This document shows, piece after piece, positions 1 through 9,396 of a stretch of 60,142 nt of DNA (within the stretch, counting starts at the first letter, position 1; each line of letters begins with the position of its first letter). The translations under genes were made by a program, and so were the position numbers. The notes below the pieces were generated by a model that searched no databases, was not told the DNA's origin, and was given only the letters and a program-made list of their open reading frames with translations. Source of the DNA: Candidatus Krumholzibacteriia bacterium (GTDB taxonomy: Bacteria; Krumholzibacteriota; Krumholzibacteriia; WVZY01; JAKEHA01). Where the stretch lies: assembly GCA_035687255.1 (NCBI GenBank), contig DASRYI010000344.1, positions 1-60,142 on the forward strand. The letters run 5' to 3'.

Positions 1-1271
1 CCACACCGGGGCACGAGCGCGCGCCGACACTCGTGCTGCAGGCGCACATGGACATGGTGTGCGAAAAGAACGCGGATATGACCTTTGACTTCTCCCGTGA
101 CGCCATCGAACTGGAGCGCAAGGGCGACTGGCTGACGGCGCGTGGCACGACGCTGGGGTCCGACAATGGCATCGGGCTGGCGGCTGCGCTTGCTGTTGCC
201 GACGACCCTGCGGTCGCGCACGGGCCGCTCGAGATTCTGGTGACCGTGGACGAAGAGAGCGGACTGACGGGAGCGATGGAGCTGGATCCCTCGCTGGTAA
301 CCGGAAAGCGTCTGTTGAACCTGGACACCGAAGAGCTCGACGCGCTTTATATCGGCTGCTCGGGAGGGGGGAATTCCTCCTTCACGCTTCCGCTCAAGCG
401 CGAGGCGGTGCCATCGGGCGCGCGCGCCATGGAACTGGCGGTTACCGGGCTCAAGGGAGGGCATTCGGGCATCGAGATCCACCTGCAGCGAGGCAACGCC
501 ATCCGTCTGCTTGCGCGACTGCTGCGCATGTGCGGAGACGAGTGCCGTGTGGCGCGCGTGGATGGTGGCAATGCCCATAACGCCATCCCGCGCGAGGCGC
601 ACGCACTGTGCATGGTGGCGCCGGCGAACGCGGATGCGGTGAAGCGCGCCATCCAGGCCGAAGCAAAGTTGATCCGGGAAGAGCTGGCGGCGTCCGATCC
701 GGACGTGTCGGTGTCGTTCGAGCCCGCCCGGGAGACCCCCGCACAGGTGTGGACCGTCGAAACGTCCCGCCGCGTGGCTGCACTCCTCGCCTCGCTTCCG
801 CACGGAGTCGACGCCATGAGCGCGGATGTGCCCGGTCTGGTGGAAACCTCGAGCAATCTTGCGGCGGTGCGCACCGAAGACGATGCGCTCAACGTCCTCA
901 TCTCGGTGCGCAGTTCGGTCCGGTCGTCGCTGCTCGCGATACGGGACCGCGCGTCGGCCGCGGCCGAACTGGCCGGGGCGTCGGTGGTGCACTCGGATCC
1001 GTATCCGGGTTGGAAACCGAATCTCAAGTCCGAGGTGCTGCGCGTCGCGCAGCGCGTTCACAAGGACAAACTGGGCAAGGATGCGGAGCTCAAGGCAGTG
1101 CACGCGGGGCTCGAGTGCGGCGTCATCGGTGAGAAGGTACCGGGAATCGACATGATTTCGTTCGGTCCGTGGATCGAAAGCCCGCATTCGCCGGCGGAAC
1201 GCGTCAACATCCCGTCGGTTGCCACGTTCTGGTCGTTCTTGAGCGCGCTGGTGGCCGAGCTGGCCTCCTGA
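1..1271 (+). CDS. pepD: Xaa-His dipeptidase (aminoacyl-histidine dipeptidase, peptidase M20C); 5' end cut by window edge
   Basis: The frame is open from nt 3. The translation PGHERAPTLVLQAHMDMVCEK, GTTLGSDNGIGLAAALAV, EILVTVDEESGLTGA, KAVHAGLECG matches PepD/M20 metal-ligand blocks. The GTG at 33 is internal. Confidence 0.85.
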   Translation, partial: TPGHERAPTLVLQAHMDMVCEKNADMTFDFSRDAIELERKGDWLTARGTTLGSDNGIGLAAALAVADDPAVAHGPLEILVTVDEESGLTGAMELDPSLVTGKRLLNLDTEELDALYIGCSGGGNSSFTLPLKREAVPSGARAMELAVTGLKGGHSGIEIHLQRGNAIRLLARLLRMCGDECRVARVDGGNAHNAIPREAHALCMVAPANADAVKRAIQAEAKLIREELAASDPDVSVSFEPARETPAQVWTVETSRRVAALLASLPHGVDAMSADVPGLVETSSNLAAVRTEDDALNVLISVRSSVRSSLLAIRDRASAAAELAGASVVHSDPYPGWKPNLKSEVLRVAQRVHKDKLGKDAELKAVHAGLECGVIGEKVPGIDMISFGPWIESPHSPAERVNIPSVATFWSFLSALVAELAS

Positions 1272-1274
1272 GCG

Positions 1275-4200
1275 TTATTTCAGGAGAACCATCTTGCGTG
1301 TCAACGCCTGGGCGGGTGTGGACAGCCGGTAGAAATAGACTCCGGAGCCGACCGCACTGCCGTGCCCGTCGCGGCCGTCCCACTGCACGGAATACGCACC
1401 CGGCTTGAGGATCTGGTCGACCAGAGTGCGCACACGCGCGCCGGTGACGTCATAGATGGTGAGTGTCACGTGTGCGGCGGGCCCGGCGGCGATTTCGTAC
1501 GAGATGCGCGTCGCCGGGTTGAACGGATTGGGATAGTTCTGCGCGAGACGCGTCCGGGACGGCGCGGCTGGCGTGTCTCCGACGCCGGTTGCGACAAACG
1601 TTCCGTAGCGTCCGTTGCGCAGCACGTTTCCGTGGTACATCGGCCACGGGGCGAGCGCGGGATTGTAGGGCGTCGACAGCGACCATACGTACACGGTCTT
1701 GTCGTAACCCACCCCCACGATGTCCACCAGGCCGTCCTTGTTCAGATCGGTAATGCACGGTGTTCCGCGCACGGCGTCCTTCATGACGAGCGGGAACCCC
1801 GCCAGGGGTACACCGGTTGAACTCCATGCATTGATGAAGCGGTCCTCGTCTCCCAGCAGAACGTCGACGGACCCGTCGCCGTTCACATCCGCCACGACCG
1901 GCGATGACTCGGTGTAGGTCTTGGTGGAATAGTAAACCGGCCATCCCGGCGCTTCCGAACCGTCGTACTGAATGGCGTACAGACGTCCGTTGGACGCGGG
2001 AATGATGGTTTCCAGTTTGCCGTCACCGGTCAGGTCGGCCAGCGCGGGCGATGGATTGAAGAACAGGTTGGTGTTGATCCACGTCTGCCACAACTGGCTG
2101 CCGTCGGGGCGCAGCGCGTAGATCTCGCCGGAACTACGCGTCGTAAACGTGATGTCGAGCTGGCCGTTGTTGTCGATGTCTCCCACCGCCACGCCGCCGC
2201 CCGCGTAGTTGTTCAACTGGAACGGCCAGCCCGGCTCGTTGCCCCCCACCTCGTTGAGCACGTACACCTTCATGTCCTGCGTCGGAATGATAATTTCTTC
2301 TTTCCCGTCATTGTCGATGTCGGCCAGCGCCGGAGTCTGATACTGCCACTGGTTGGTGTCGGGCAGGCGCTTGAACACGCCGTTGGTGAGCGGGTTCGCG
2401 TCACCGTCGATCACTTCGGTTCCGTCGACGTGCCACGCATAGAGATAGGCGTCCTGGTCAACGGCGATGATCTCCGGCGAGCCATCGCCGTCGATGTCCC
2501 CGATCACAACGCTGGCGCGAACCATGTCCACCGTGTCCTGGGGCCAGCCGGGCATCACGGTCCCGTCGCCCTTGAAGCAGAACACCTGCTTCGACGTGTA
2601 GGCCGCCGCCGCAATTTCGAAACCCGGGACGCCGTCGAGATCCGCCAGCGCTGCGGGTCCGACAAAATCAGTCCCCTCAGACGAGATGGGCCCCCACGTG
2701 ATGCCTTTTTGATCGCCGTCGAGGACCTCGTCGCCGTTATCGTGCCAGGCGTAAAGCTTGTCGTTGCCCACCACCACTTCCAGCTTGCCGTAGCCGTCGA
2801 TGTCACCGACCGCCGGCGAATTGGCCGATTCATTTACCAGCTCGTTGGGCCATCCCGCCAGCTGGGGCGGATTGGTAGACGCCGGCGCCGCCGGCGAGCG
2901 AGCGCCTTCGTTGCCCGACTCGTCGACGCTGGCGATCTCATAGTAGTAGCGCGTATTCGGTGAAAGGCCGGCGTCGGTGAATACCGTGTGGCTGATCACG
3001 TCGCTGTTGGCCCGGGTGTACGGGCCGGCCAGATTGGTGGAGCGATAGATGTTGTACCCCGCCACGTCCGAGGACGCCCCCGCGGTCCACAGGATGCCCA
3101 TCTTGTCCACGCCCAGGCTGGGGTCGAAGGACTGCAGGGTCGGCGGGAGTGGTTCCCGCAACTCACAATTGTGCGTCAGGACGCGTCCGTGTGAATCGGT
3201 GACAACAACTCTGAGCGCGTTGGGAAGCGACACGTTCGCTTCGCTCAACTTGAAGGCGACCGTGTTTTCCGATGACTGCAACAGGCTGAGATTCGGATAC
3301 GTCGTGACGGTGTCGACCAGGGTCGACCCGCCGTCGAGCTCGCGCAGAACCGCCGTCAGCCCGTCGGCGCGCCCGGTTCCATAGTTCTTGACGGTGGCAT
3401 ACAGGAGAAACTGTTCGCCGTTGGTGTAGATACCGTCGCCGTTCCCGACCGGGATTTCGTCGCTCTTGCGCAGTCCCGTTACCGCAAGCCTGGGTGCGTG
3501 TACCACACGCGCGAGATTGTTTACCCAGGTCTGGCCTCCGTTGACGAGCAGCACGTTGAAGTTTGCGATGGCTTCGTCGGGCGTCGAGGCGGAGACCTGA
3601 ATGCGCCACGGGTCGGTGGCGGCGACAAGCTGGCCCGCAGCCGTCGAAGGAATGGACGCGCTGGAATCGAGCAGCGTCACCCACGGATTGGCGTTGAGGA
3701 ACGTGGCCGTCAGCGTCGGCGCCGTGGCACCTCCCAGGTTGCGCACCGCCGGTGTGAGATCGATCGTCTCTCCCGCGTCGATTACGCCGTCGCCGTTTCC
3801 GGAGGTCCCACCGGTGTTGTCATCGTCCACGGCGATCGATTCGACCGCGGGCAGCGCGGCCACCGTCGGGTTCACGGTGATGGTATCCGCGAAGTGCGTG
3901 AGGTTGAGACCGGTTCCCACCACGCTGATGGACCCCACGGTGGGCGTATTGAAATTGAACACCGCCTGCCCCGACACATTGGTCGTAACGACCTGGTAGT
4001 CCTCGGCGGTTTTCCACAGGCACACCTTGACGTTGGATCGGGGGAGTCCGTTCACCATCGCCGTTACCACAATGGAATTGCGGCCGGCGGTGACCGCCGC
4101 AGAGTGCGTGAGCACGAGATTCTCCGGCGTGGCGGTCCACATCGGCATCTCGGGGTCGGCAAGCAGTTCGTAGACGTAGTGCGTCCACAGTTCCACGTTG

Positions 4201-5990
4201 TCGGAGGCCAGCGCCAGGGGCGTGCGCTGCGCCCGGGACAACGCAAACGTCTTGCCGATGTTCACATCGTTGTTGGTGTACAACTCCTGGACGTAGTCTT
4301 CCAGGTAGTACGCCGAAACTTCCGCAAACGTGCTGTTGGTTGCGCCCAGCGCCGACACCGCACCGCCCTGCGGGTTGCGAAGCATGTGCTCCGCGAGGCA
4401 GTCGTAGTCAAACGCAGCCGCCGTACAGTTGAGCATGTAGAGATTGAAGAACTCGTCGGTGTTGTGGAGCGCATCGGCGTCCGGAATCGCCACATTGGCG
4501 TCGCCGCAGTGCATGTTGAAGCGGAACCCGTGACCGACGTGGAACACCTGGTTGTAACCCGCATTGAGCGAATCGATGGCAATTGCCCCCGATTCGTGCA
4601 CCGATCCGGGGTACAGCCATTCGGTCTCGTAGCACCGCGTTGTTATCCGCGACGGGGATGCGACGTACAACGAATTGATGTAGTTCGTGTAGTCGGCGCC
4701 ATTCTGAAGAATGGTCTGGGGCGGATCCCACGGCGAGGGAAAAAGCACCTCGGCCAGGTACAGCACTTTGTTGAGATAGTCGGTTTTGATCGGGGTTTCA
4801 TAGCGCTCGATCTTGCTTATCACGGCGTGCGCGGTGGATGTGGTGGACACGGGAAGACGGCCCACGTACACCTCGGGATACAGATCGGGGTCGTCTCCCG
4901 GCACTTCACCGAACGTGCTGTTGTGGTTCGCGTTGAAATCGCCGTCCAGTCCGGCGAAGTAGATGTCGTTGGGAATGTCGGTCCCGCCGTAGAAATACGT
5001 CGAGTACAGGTAGCGCGCGGGAATTTCCGAAGTGTCACCGCCGAGCAGCACCCACTGTACGCCCCACTTCTGATACGCATCCTGAATGAAAAAGCGCACC
5101 GTCTCCGCGCGGTCGGTTCCACGCGGGTAGTTGGCCTCGATCCACTCCACGGTCTTGACGACCGTGGGCACGCCTTTCGCTGTCTTCCACGTGGCCAGCG
5201 AATCGAACTCGGCGGCGAGCGCTTCGGTGGTAATGATCACGCACTCCACGGGACTTCCCTCGAGTGAGGGAACTCCGGTGGGCTGGAACGGACCCTGCTG
5301 CTCGCTGACGCGTATGGGCGCGTAAGCGTCGATCGCTTCCGGGTTGACCACGGACTGCCGGATCACGTCATCGATGTCGGCCACAGTTCGCGCCGTGGCG
5401 CGTCCCGCGCGCAACGCGCTCTGCATATTACCGGACGCCGTGGTTCCGATGTCGATCTGGATGTTCCCGTACAGCACCACCCGGTCGCTTTCCACCCGCA
5501 CGGGGAAGACCGCGAAACTCGCGATGCTGTAGCCGTGCCATGTGCCGGTTCCAAGGTAGCGCGCAAATTCGCCCGGGAACGTGTCTCCGGACGGTGCGGC
5601 TATGGATACGGTGGACTGCATGGCCGACGGCCTGCCCGTATCCGTGGAGGGAAGCAACATCTGCGTTTTCTTCACGGTCACGCCGTTTCCAATCACCGAT
5701 GACTGCCCGGCCGTGGCCTGCACGTCCTGCACGCTTCGCCCCGCGGGCAGCACGACGCGCACGACACGGTACGGGACGGCGGGCATGCCGACATCCTGCA
5801 GCAGAGAAAACTCCACACTTCCGCGTGACGGGAGAGAAAACGACGCCGTGCCATCCGACACGTTCATGTGAATGTCGTCGGACGACGTCGCGATGGTGAT
5901 GTGCACGTGCTCGGTGCCGGCGCGCAGCGTCAACCATGCCGAGAGGCACAGCGCGCTGGCGATGCTGAGAAAGAGAGTGAGTTTGCGCAT
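1275..5990 (-). CDS. Secreted gingipain-like peptidase C25 fused to FN3, FG-GAP/VCBS repeats and a FlgD-Ig-like C-terminal sorting domain (1571 aa)
   Basis: Signal peptide MRKLTLFLSIASALCLSAW. C25 blocks TAKGVPTVVKTVEWIE...WVLLGGDTSEIPARY, catalytic-type His in VFHVGHGFRF and Cys in LYMLNCTAAAF. FN3-like AGYNIYRS...TRYYYEIASVDESGNEG. Many GD(I/V)DGDG/DLNKDG FG-GAP-like repeats. C-terminus NYPNPFNPATRISYEI...GVYFYRL...KMVLLK. Confidence 0.8.
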   Translation of the reverse strand: MRKLTLFLSIASALCLSAWLTLRAGTEHVHITIATSSDDIHMNVSDGTASFSLPSRGSVEFSLLQDVGMPAVPYRVVRVVLPAGRSVQDVQATAGQSSVIGNGVTVKKTQMLLPSTDTGRPSAMQSTVSIAAPSGDTFPGEFARYLGTGTWHGYSIASFAVFPVRVESDRVVLYGNIQIDIGTTASGNMQSALRAGRATARTVADIDDVIRQSVVNPEAIDAYAPIRVSEQQGPFQPTGVPSLEGSPVECVIITTEALAAEFDSLATWKTAKGVPTVVKTVEWIEANYPRGTDRAETVRFFIQDAYQKWGVQWVLLGGDTSEIPARYLYSTYFYGGTDIPNDIYFAGLDGDFNANHNSTFGEVPGDDPDLYPEVYVGRLPVSTTSTAHAVISKIERYETPIKTDYLNKVLYLAEVLFPSPWDPPQTILQNGADYTNYINSLYVASPSRITTRCYETEWLYPGSVHESGAIAIDSLNAGYNQVFHVGHGFRFNMHCGDANVAIPDADALHNTDEFFNLYMLNCTAAAFDYDCLAEHMLRNPQGGAVSALGATNSTFAEVSAYYLEDYVQELYTNNDVNIGKTFALSRAQRTPLALASDNVELWTHYVYELLADPEMPMWTATPENLVLTHSAAVTAGRNSIVVTAMVNGLPRSNVKVCLWKTAEDYQVVTTNVSGQAVFNFNTPTVGSISVVGTGLNLTHFADTITVNPTVAALPAVESIAVDDDNTGGTSGNGDGVIDAGETIDLTPAVRNLGGATAPTLTATFLNANPWVTLLDSSASIPSTAAGQLVAATDPWRIQVSASTPDEAIANFNVLLVNGGQTWVNNLARVVHAPRLAVTGLRKSDEIPVGNGDGIYTNGEQFLLYATVKNYGTGRADGLTAVLRELDGGSTLVDTVTTYPNLSLLQSSENTVAFKLSEANVSLPNALRVVVTDSHGRVLTHNCELREPLPPTLQSFDPSLGVDKMGILWTAGASSDVAGYNIYRSTNLAGPYTRANSDVISHTVFTDAGLSPNTRYYYEIASVDESGNEGARSPAAPASTNPPQLAGWPNELVNESANSPAVGDIDGYGKLEVVVGNDKLYAWHDNGDEVLDGDQKGITWGPISSEGTDFVGPAALADLDGVPGFEIAAAAYTSKQVFCFKGDGTVMPGWPQDTVDMVRASVVIGDIDGDGSPEIIAVDQDAYLYAWHVDGTEVIDGDANPLTNGVFKRLPDTNQWQYQTPALADIDNDGKEEIIIPTQDMKVYVLNEVGGNEPGWPFQLNNYAGGGVAVGDIDNNGQLDITFTTRSSGEIYALRPDGSQLWQTWINTNLFFNPSPALADLTGDGKLETIIPASNGRLYAIQYDGSEAPGWPVYYSTKTYTESSPVVADVNGDGSVDVLLGDEDRFINAWSSTGVPLAGFPLVMKDAVRGTPCITDLNKDGLVDIVGVGYDKTVYVWSLSTPYNPALAPWPMYHGNVLRNGRYGTFVATGVGDTPAAPSRTRLAQNYPNPFNPATRISYEIAAGPAAHVTLTIYDVTGARVRTLVDQILKPGAYSVQWDGRDGHGSAVGSGVYFYRLSTPAQALTRKMVLLK

Positions 5991-6091
5991 GTACAGAGAT
6001 AGCCCGGCTTGGTTCGGTAGCTGCTAACTATAAGACATGACAACAGGTTGTGTCAATACGCGTCCGCGCGCCGAGGGGGATGAGAGAGGGG

Positions 6092-6121
6092 CCGGGGCGC
6101 GGCCTCATCGCCGCGCCCCGG
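6092..6121 (-). terminator. GC-rich hairpin, candidate terminator of the redoxin/DsbD_N operon
   Basis: Perfect 11-bp stem CCGGGGCGCGG/CCGCGCCCCGG with an 8-nt loop, 7 nt past the stop at 6129. No U-tract follows. Confidence 0.3.
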
Positions 6122-6128
6122 GGGATGG

Positions 6129-6791
6129 TCAGTCGGCGTACTTGACGCCGCAGCCGTATGATACCGTGGACTTGGTGGCCACGGGCTTGCCCGCCATCGA
6201 TGCATCCAGACACGCCGATACGTAGTTGTCGGCAGTGGCAATGTCCCTGGGATCGGTCGACGGCTTGTTGTCGATCGCTCCGGCGTAGATCAACACGCCC
6301 TCCGGGTTGATCACGAACATGTCGGGCGTGGTCTTGGCCCCGTACTCGCGGCCCACAGTTCCGTCCGGGTCGCGCAGATACGCGGTGGACGCAACCTTTC
6401 TTTCCTTCGTCATCTCCTGCAGTGCGGCGGGGTCGTAGTAGCCCTGTTTGCCGGCCGCCGACGAACAGATGGTGAGCCACACCACGCCCTTCTCGGTGTA
6501 CTTCTTCTGCAACGCCTGCATGTTTCCCGAGCCGTAGTGCTTCTTCACGAACGGGCAATCCAGGTTGTTCCACTCCAGCACCACGTACTTGCCCTTGAAC
6601 GCGGAGAGCGCATACTCCTTCCCGTCGATTCCCGTCAGCTTGAAATCGGGCGCCGGCTTGTCGATGGCGGCGGTCATTGCGCTTTTGGTGTCGACGCTCG
6701 GGGAATCGGCGGCGGCGAGCGGCGCCAGCGCCAGCACGGCGGCCACCCCGAGTAAGCAGGGTGCGGATGTGCGCCAGTTCATGTGTTTCAT
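6129..6791 (-). CDS. Periplasmic thioredoxin-fold protein (redoxin / AhpC-TSA-like)
   Basis: Signal peptide ...LALAPLAAADS. Motifs APDFKLTGIDGKEYALSAFKGKYVVLEWNNLDCPFVKKHY and TTPDMFVINPEGVLIYAG are typical of the redoxin fold. Only one Cys sits in the CPFV motif. Confidence 0.7.
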   Translation of the reverse strand: MKHMNWRTSAPCLLGVAAVLALAPLAAADSPSVDTKSAMTAAIDKPAPDFKLTGIDGKEYALSAFKGKYVVLEWNNLDCPFVKKHYGSGNMQALQKKYTEKGVVWLTICSSAAGKQGYYDPAALQEMTKERKVASTAYLRDPDGTVGREYGAKTTPDMFVINPEGVLIYAGAIDNKPSTDPRDIATADNYVSACLDASMAGKPVATKSTVSYGCGVKYAD

Positions 6792-6828
6792 GGACGTCCT
6801 CCTGTCAGCGTGTGTGGTGAATGTCAGG

Positions 6829-7701
6829 CTACCGGCGGCCCACCGGCACGTTGACCTCGATGGCGGCCGCTTCTCCCGTCTTGAACCCCGATGAGGCGAC
6901 CAGAAGCCCGTACGCCTGTCGCAGTTCGTCGGCGGGCATGCGCGCCCGTGTGATTCTCAATTCGTACACCGGCTGCCCACCCGGGCCGGGGTGGGTAGTC
7001 AGTATCTGTGGCGCCGCATTTTCGATGAGTCCCGGTTCATACGGAAAGAACAGCAGGCCCTCGAGCGGCGCGGGCGTGCCGGACGATTGCAGTTCCAGCA
7101 CCAGCGCATTCGCATCATCGATGTGCGCGTCCACGTTCCATTCCAGCGTGTGGCCCGGCAGACGGGCCCGCGTGGCGTCAAAGAGCGCGCGGTGTTCCAT
7201 GTCGCTGCGGGCCGCGGCTTCAACGGGAAGCCGCAGGTTCAATGACGCGGAACCCGGAACACACTCCTCCGCGCACGCCAGCCATGATACGTCCGCCGCG
7301 ATATCGACGTTCCCGCCCGGGGACAGGTTCGCCGGAACCTGCACGTCGCTCACCAGCAACACATCACCGCGGTATCCGAAAATGGCAATCGGCCCGGCCA
7401 TGATGCGGGACGGGAAGGGCCACTGCAGTACGCCCGCTTTGAAACCCTCGGGCAGTTTCCAGGCGATACTGGGCGCCAGTCCGGCGTCGCCCGGATTGAT
7501 CCAGTTGACGTGCCACCCGTCGCGCATCACCAGATGCACACCCAGGCGGAAGGGCTGTCCGGGCTGAACCGACGCCACATCGGCGATCAGCTCCGCGCGC
7601 ACCAGCACCGGCTTTTCCGCCAGCAATGGCTCCGCGGCGCGCGCGGAAGCCACCAGCAGGCTTCCGGCGAACAGGGCGGACAGCAGGCGAGCTACATACA
7701 T
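6829..7701 (-). CDS. DsbD N-terminal-domain-like (DsbD_N/DsbC-type) periplasmic thiol-disulfide protein
   Basis: ATG at 7701 gives MYVARLLSALFAGSLLVASARA (signal). Motifs FRLGVHLVMRDGWHVNWINPGDAGLAPSIAW and VSWLACAEECVPG (Cys pair) match the DsbD alpha-domain pattern. The upstream 10 codons of the listed ORF are probably not translated. Confidence 0.65.
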   Translation of the reverse strand: MYVARLLSALFAGSLLVASARAAEPLLAEKPVLVRAELIADVASVQPGQPFRLGVHLVMRDGWHVNWINPGDAGLAPSIAWKLPEGFKAGVLQWPFPSRIMAGPIAIFGYRGDVLLVSDVQVPANLSPGGNVDIAADVSWLACAEECVPGSASLNLRLPVEAAARSDMEHRALFDATRARLPGHTLEWNVDAHIDDANALVLELQSSGTPAPLEGLLFFPYEPGLIENAAPQILTTHPGPGGQPVYELRITRARMPADELRQAYGLLVASSGFKTGEAAAIEVNVPVGRR

Positions 7702-7884
7702 GTGAATGGATTTTTCGGACTGAAGCACCACCGCGTAATCATAGTCGCTGCAACGCTCAAGAGCAATTTCGGCATAGAAGATCGGAAATCCGAAATTCGT
7801 CTTGACAATCCGGAGTATTTTGTCGGAAATTGGTGGTGAACATCAGCAACCAAGACCGCGAAAATCGCGCGGCATCCTTCCACA

Positions 7885-9396
7885 ATGGTCGCAAAAATCA
7901 GACTCCCAAGGCTTTTCTACAACACGATCAGTATCATCGGCGGTGCCATGACCCTCGTGGTCGGCGGCACCCTGGTGTCGTTCCTGATCGTGATGGCGTC
8001 GTTCGGCAAGGAAAACCCCTATCTGGGGATTTTCGTCTACATGGTTCTGCCCGTCATGCTGGCGATCAGCGTGGTACTCATCCCCATCGGGATGCTTCGC
8101 CGCCGCCGCCGCATCAAGCAGCACAAGGACGACCTTCCACCCCAGTTGCCCCAGCTCGATCTCAACAAGCCGACGCATCGCAACGCGCTGATCGTCGTCC
8201 TGCTGGTGACGGGCCTGGTGTCCATCGTCACCGTGGTCGGCGGTTACCAGGCGTATCACTACACGGAGTCCGTCGAGTTCTGCGGAAAGACCTGTCATAC
8301 GGTGATGAAGCCGGAATACACCGCCTACGGCAATTCGCCGCACGCGCGCGTGTCGTGTGCGCAGTGTCACGTCGGAGCCGGCGCCGACTGGTACGTGAAA
8401 TCCAAGTTGTCGGGCTCGTATCAGGTGTATGCGGCCACGTTCAACAAGTACCCGCGGCCCATCCCGACGCCCATCAGGAACCTGCGCCCGGCGCAGGAAA
8501 CCTGCGAGCAGTGCCACTGGCCGGAGAAGTTCTTCGGCGCCCAGCAGCGCCAGTTCAATCACTACATGTACGACGATTCGACCACGCACTGGCCGATCAA
8601 TCTGCTCATCAAGGTGGGCGGTGGTGATCCCAAGACCGGCCAGACGGCGGGCATCCACTGGCACATGAACATCGGCGCCAAGGTTGAGTACATTGCGCGC
8701 GACGAGAAGCGCCAGGATATCCCGTGGATCCGCGTGACGGAGAAAACCACGGGACGCGTCACCGTCTACCAGGATGAGGATAATCCGCTGACTCCGGAAG
8801 AAATCGCCGCCGCGACGCCGCGGCGCATGGACTGCATGGACTGCCACAACCGGCCCAGCCACAAGTTCCATTCACCGGACTACGTGATCGATCAGGCGAT
8901 TCTTACGGGCAAGATCAGCCAGACGCTGCCCGCGATCAAACGCATCGCCGTGGAGTCGATGGCGGGGAACTACGCCACGGAGGACGAGGCCATGCGCGGG
9001 ATCGCGTCGAAGATTCCCGCCGCGTATCGCAAGGATTTCCCCGACGTGTTCGCGAAGCGCCAGGTGGATATCGACGCCGCCGTGGTCGCCACGCAGCAGG
9101 AATTTTCGCAGAACATGTTTCCGGAGATGAAGGTGACGTGGGAGGGCTATCCCGACAACATCGGTCACTTTATCTACCCGGGATGTTTCCGCTGCCACAA
9201 CGGCAAGAAGAAGAGCGAAGAGGGATGGACCATCTCGCGCAACTGCACCACGTGTCACATCATTCTTCGTCAGGGTGCCGGCGAGCAGATGGAGATGGCA
9301 ATGTCGGAACAGGGGCTTGAGTTCAAGCACCCGGACGGCGGCGACGACTGGCGGGACACCGATTGCTATGAGTGCCACACGGGGACCCAGCCCTGA
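7885..9396 (+). CDS. Membrane-anchored heptahaem cytochrome c, NapC/NirT/NrfH-like
   Basis: Three N-terminal hydrophobic helices, then 7 CxxCH (CGKTCH, CAQCH, CEQCH, CMDCH, CFRCH, CTTCH, CYECH). The first block FCGKTCH...YGNSPHARVSCAQCH resembles quinol-dehydrogenase NapC/NirT proteins. Confidence 0.85.
   Translation: MVAKIRLPRLFYNTISIIGGAMTLVVGGTLVSFLIVMASFGKENPYLGIFVYMVLPVMLAISVVLIPIGMLRRRRRIKQHKDDLPPQLPQLDLNKPTHRNALIVVLLVTGLVSIVTVVGGYQAYHYTESVEFCGKTCHTVMKPEYTAYGNSPHARVSCAQCHVGAGADWYVKSKLSGSYQVYAATFNKYPRPIPTPIRNLRPAQETCEQCHWPEKFFGAQQRQFNHYMYDDSTTHWPINLLIKVGGGDPKTGQTAGIHWHMNIGAKVEYIARDEKRQDIPWIRVTEKTTGRVTVYQDEDNPLTPEEIAAATPRRMDCMDCHNRPSHKFHSPDYVIDQAILTGKISQTLPAIKRIAVESMAGNYATEDEAMRGIASKIPAAYRKDFPDVFAKRQVDIDAAVVATQQEFSQNMFPEMKVTWEGYPDNIGHFIYPGCFRCHNGKKKSEEGWTISRNCTTCHIILRQGAGEQMEMAMSEQGLEFKHPDGGDDWRDTDCYECHTGTQP

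Noticed and set aside
3498-5267. 589-aa plus-strand ORF, plus many others (e.g. 347-1027, 1450-1944) antisense to pepD and the C25 gene
   Set aside because: Arg/Gly/Val/His-rich, low-complexity translation with no domain-like blocks. It lies fully inside a well-supported gene on the other strand. This is the typical shadow frame of high-GC DNA.
7766-7796. Inverted repeat AATTTCGG...CCGAAATT in the divergent spacer upstream of the heptahaem gene as a regulator operator
   Set aside because: The arms are only 8 bp with a 15-nt gap. There is no second occurrence and no recognisable regulator consensus, so the evidence is too weak to call.
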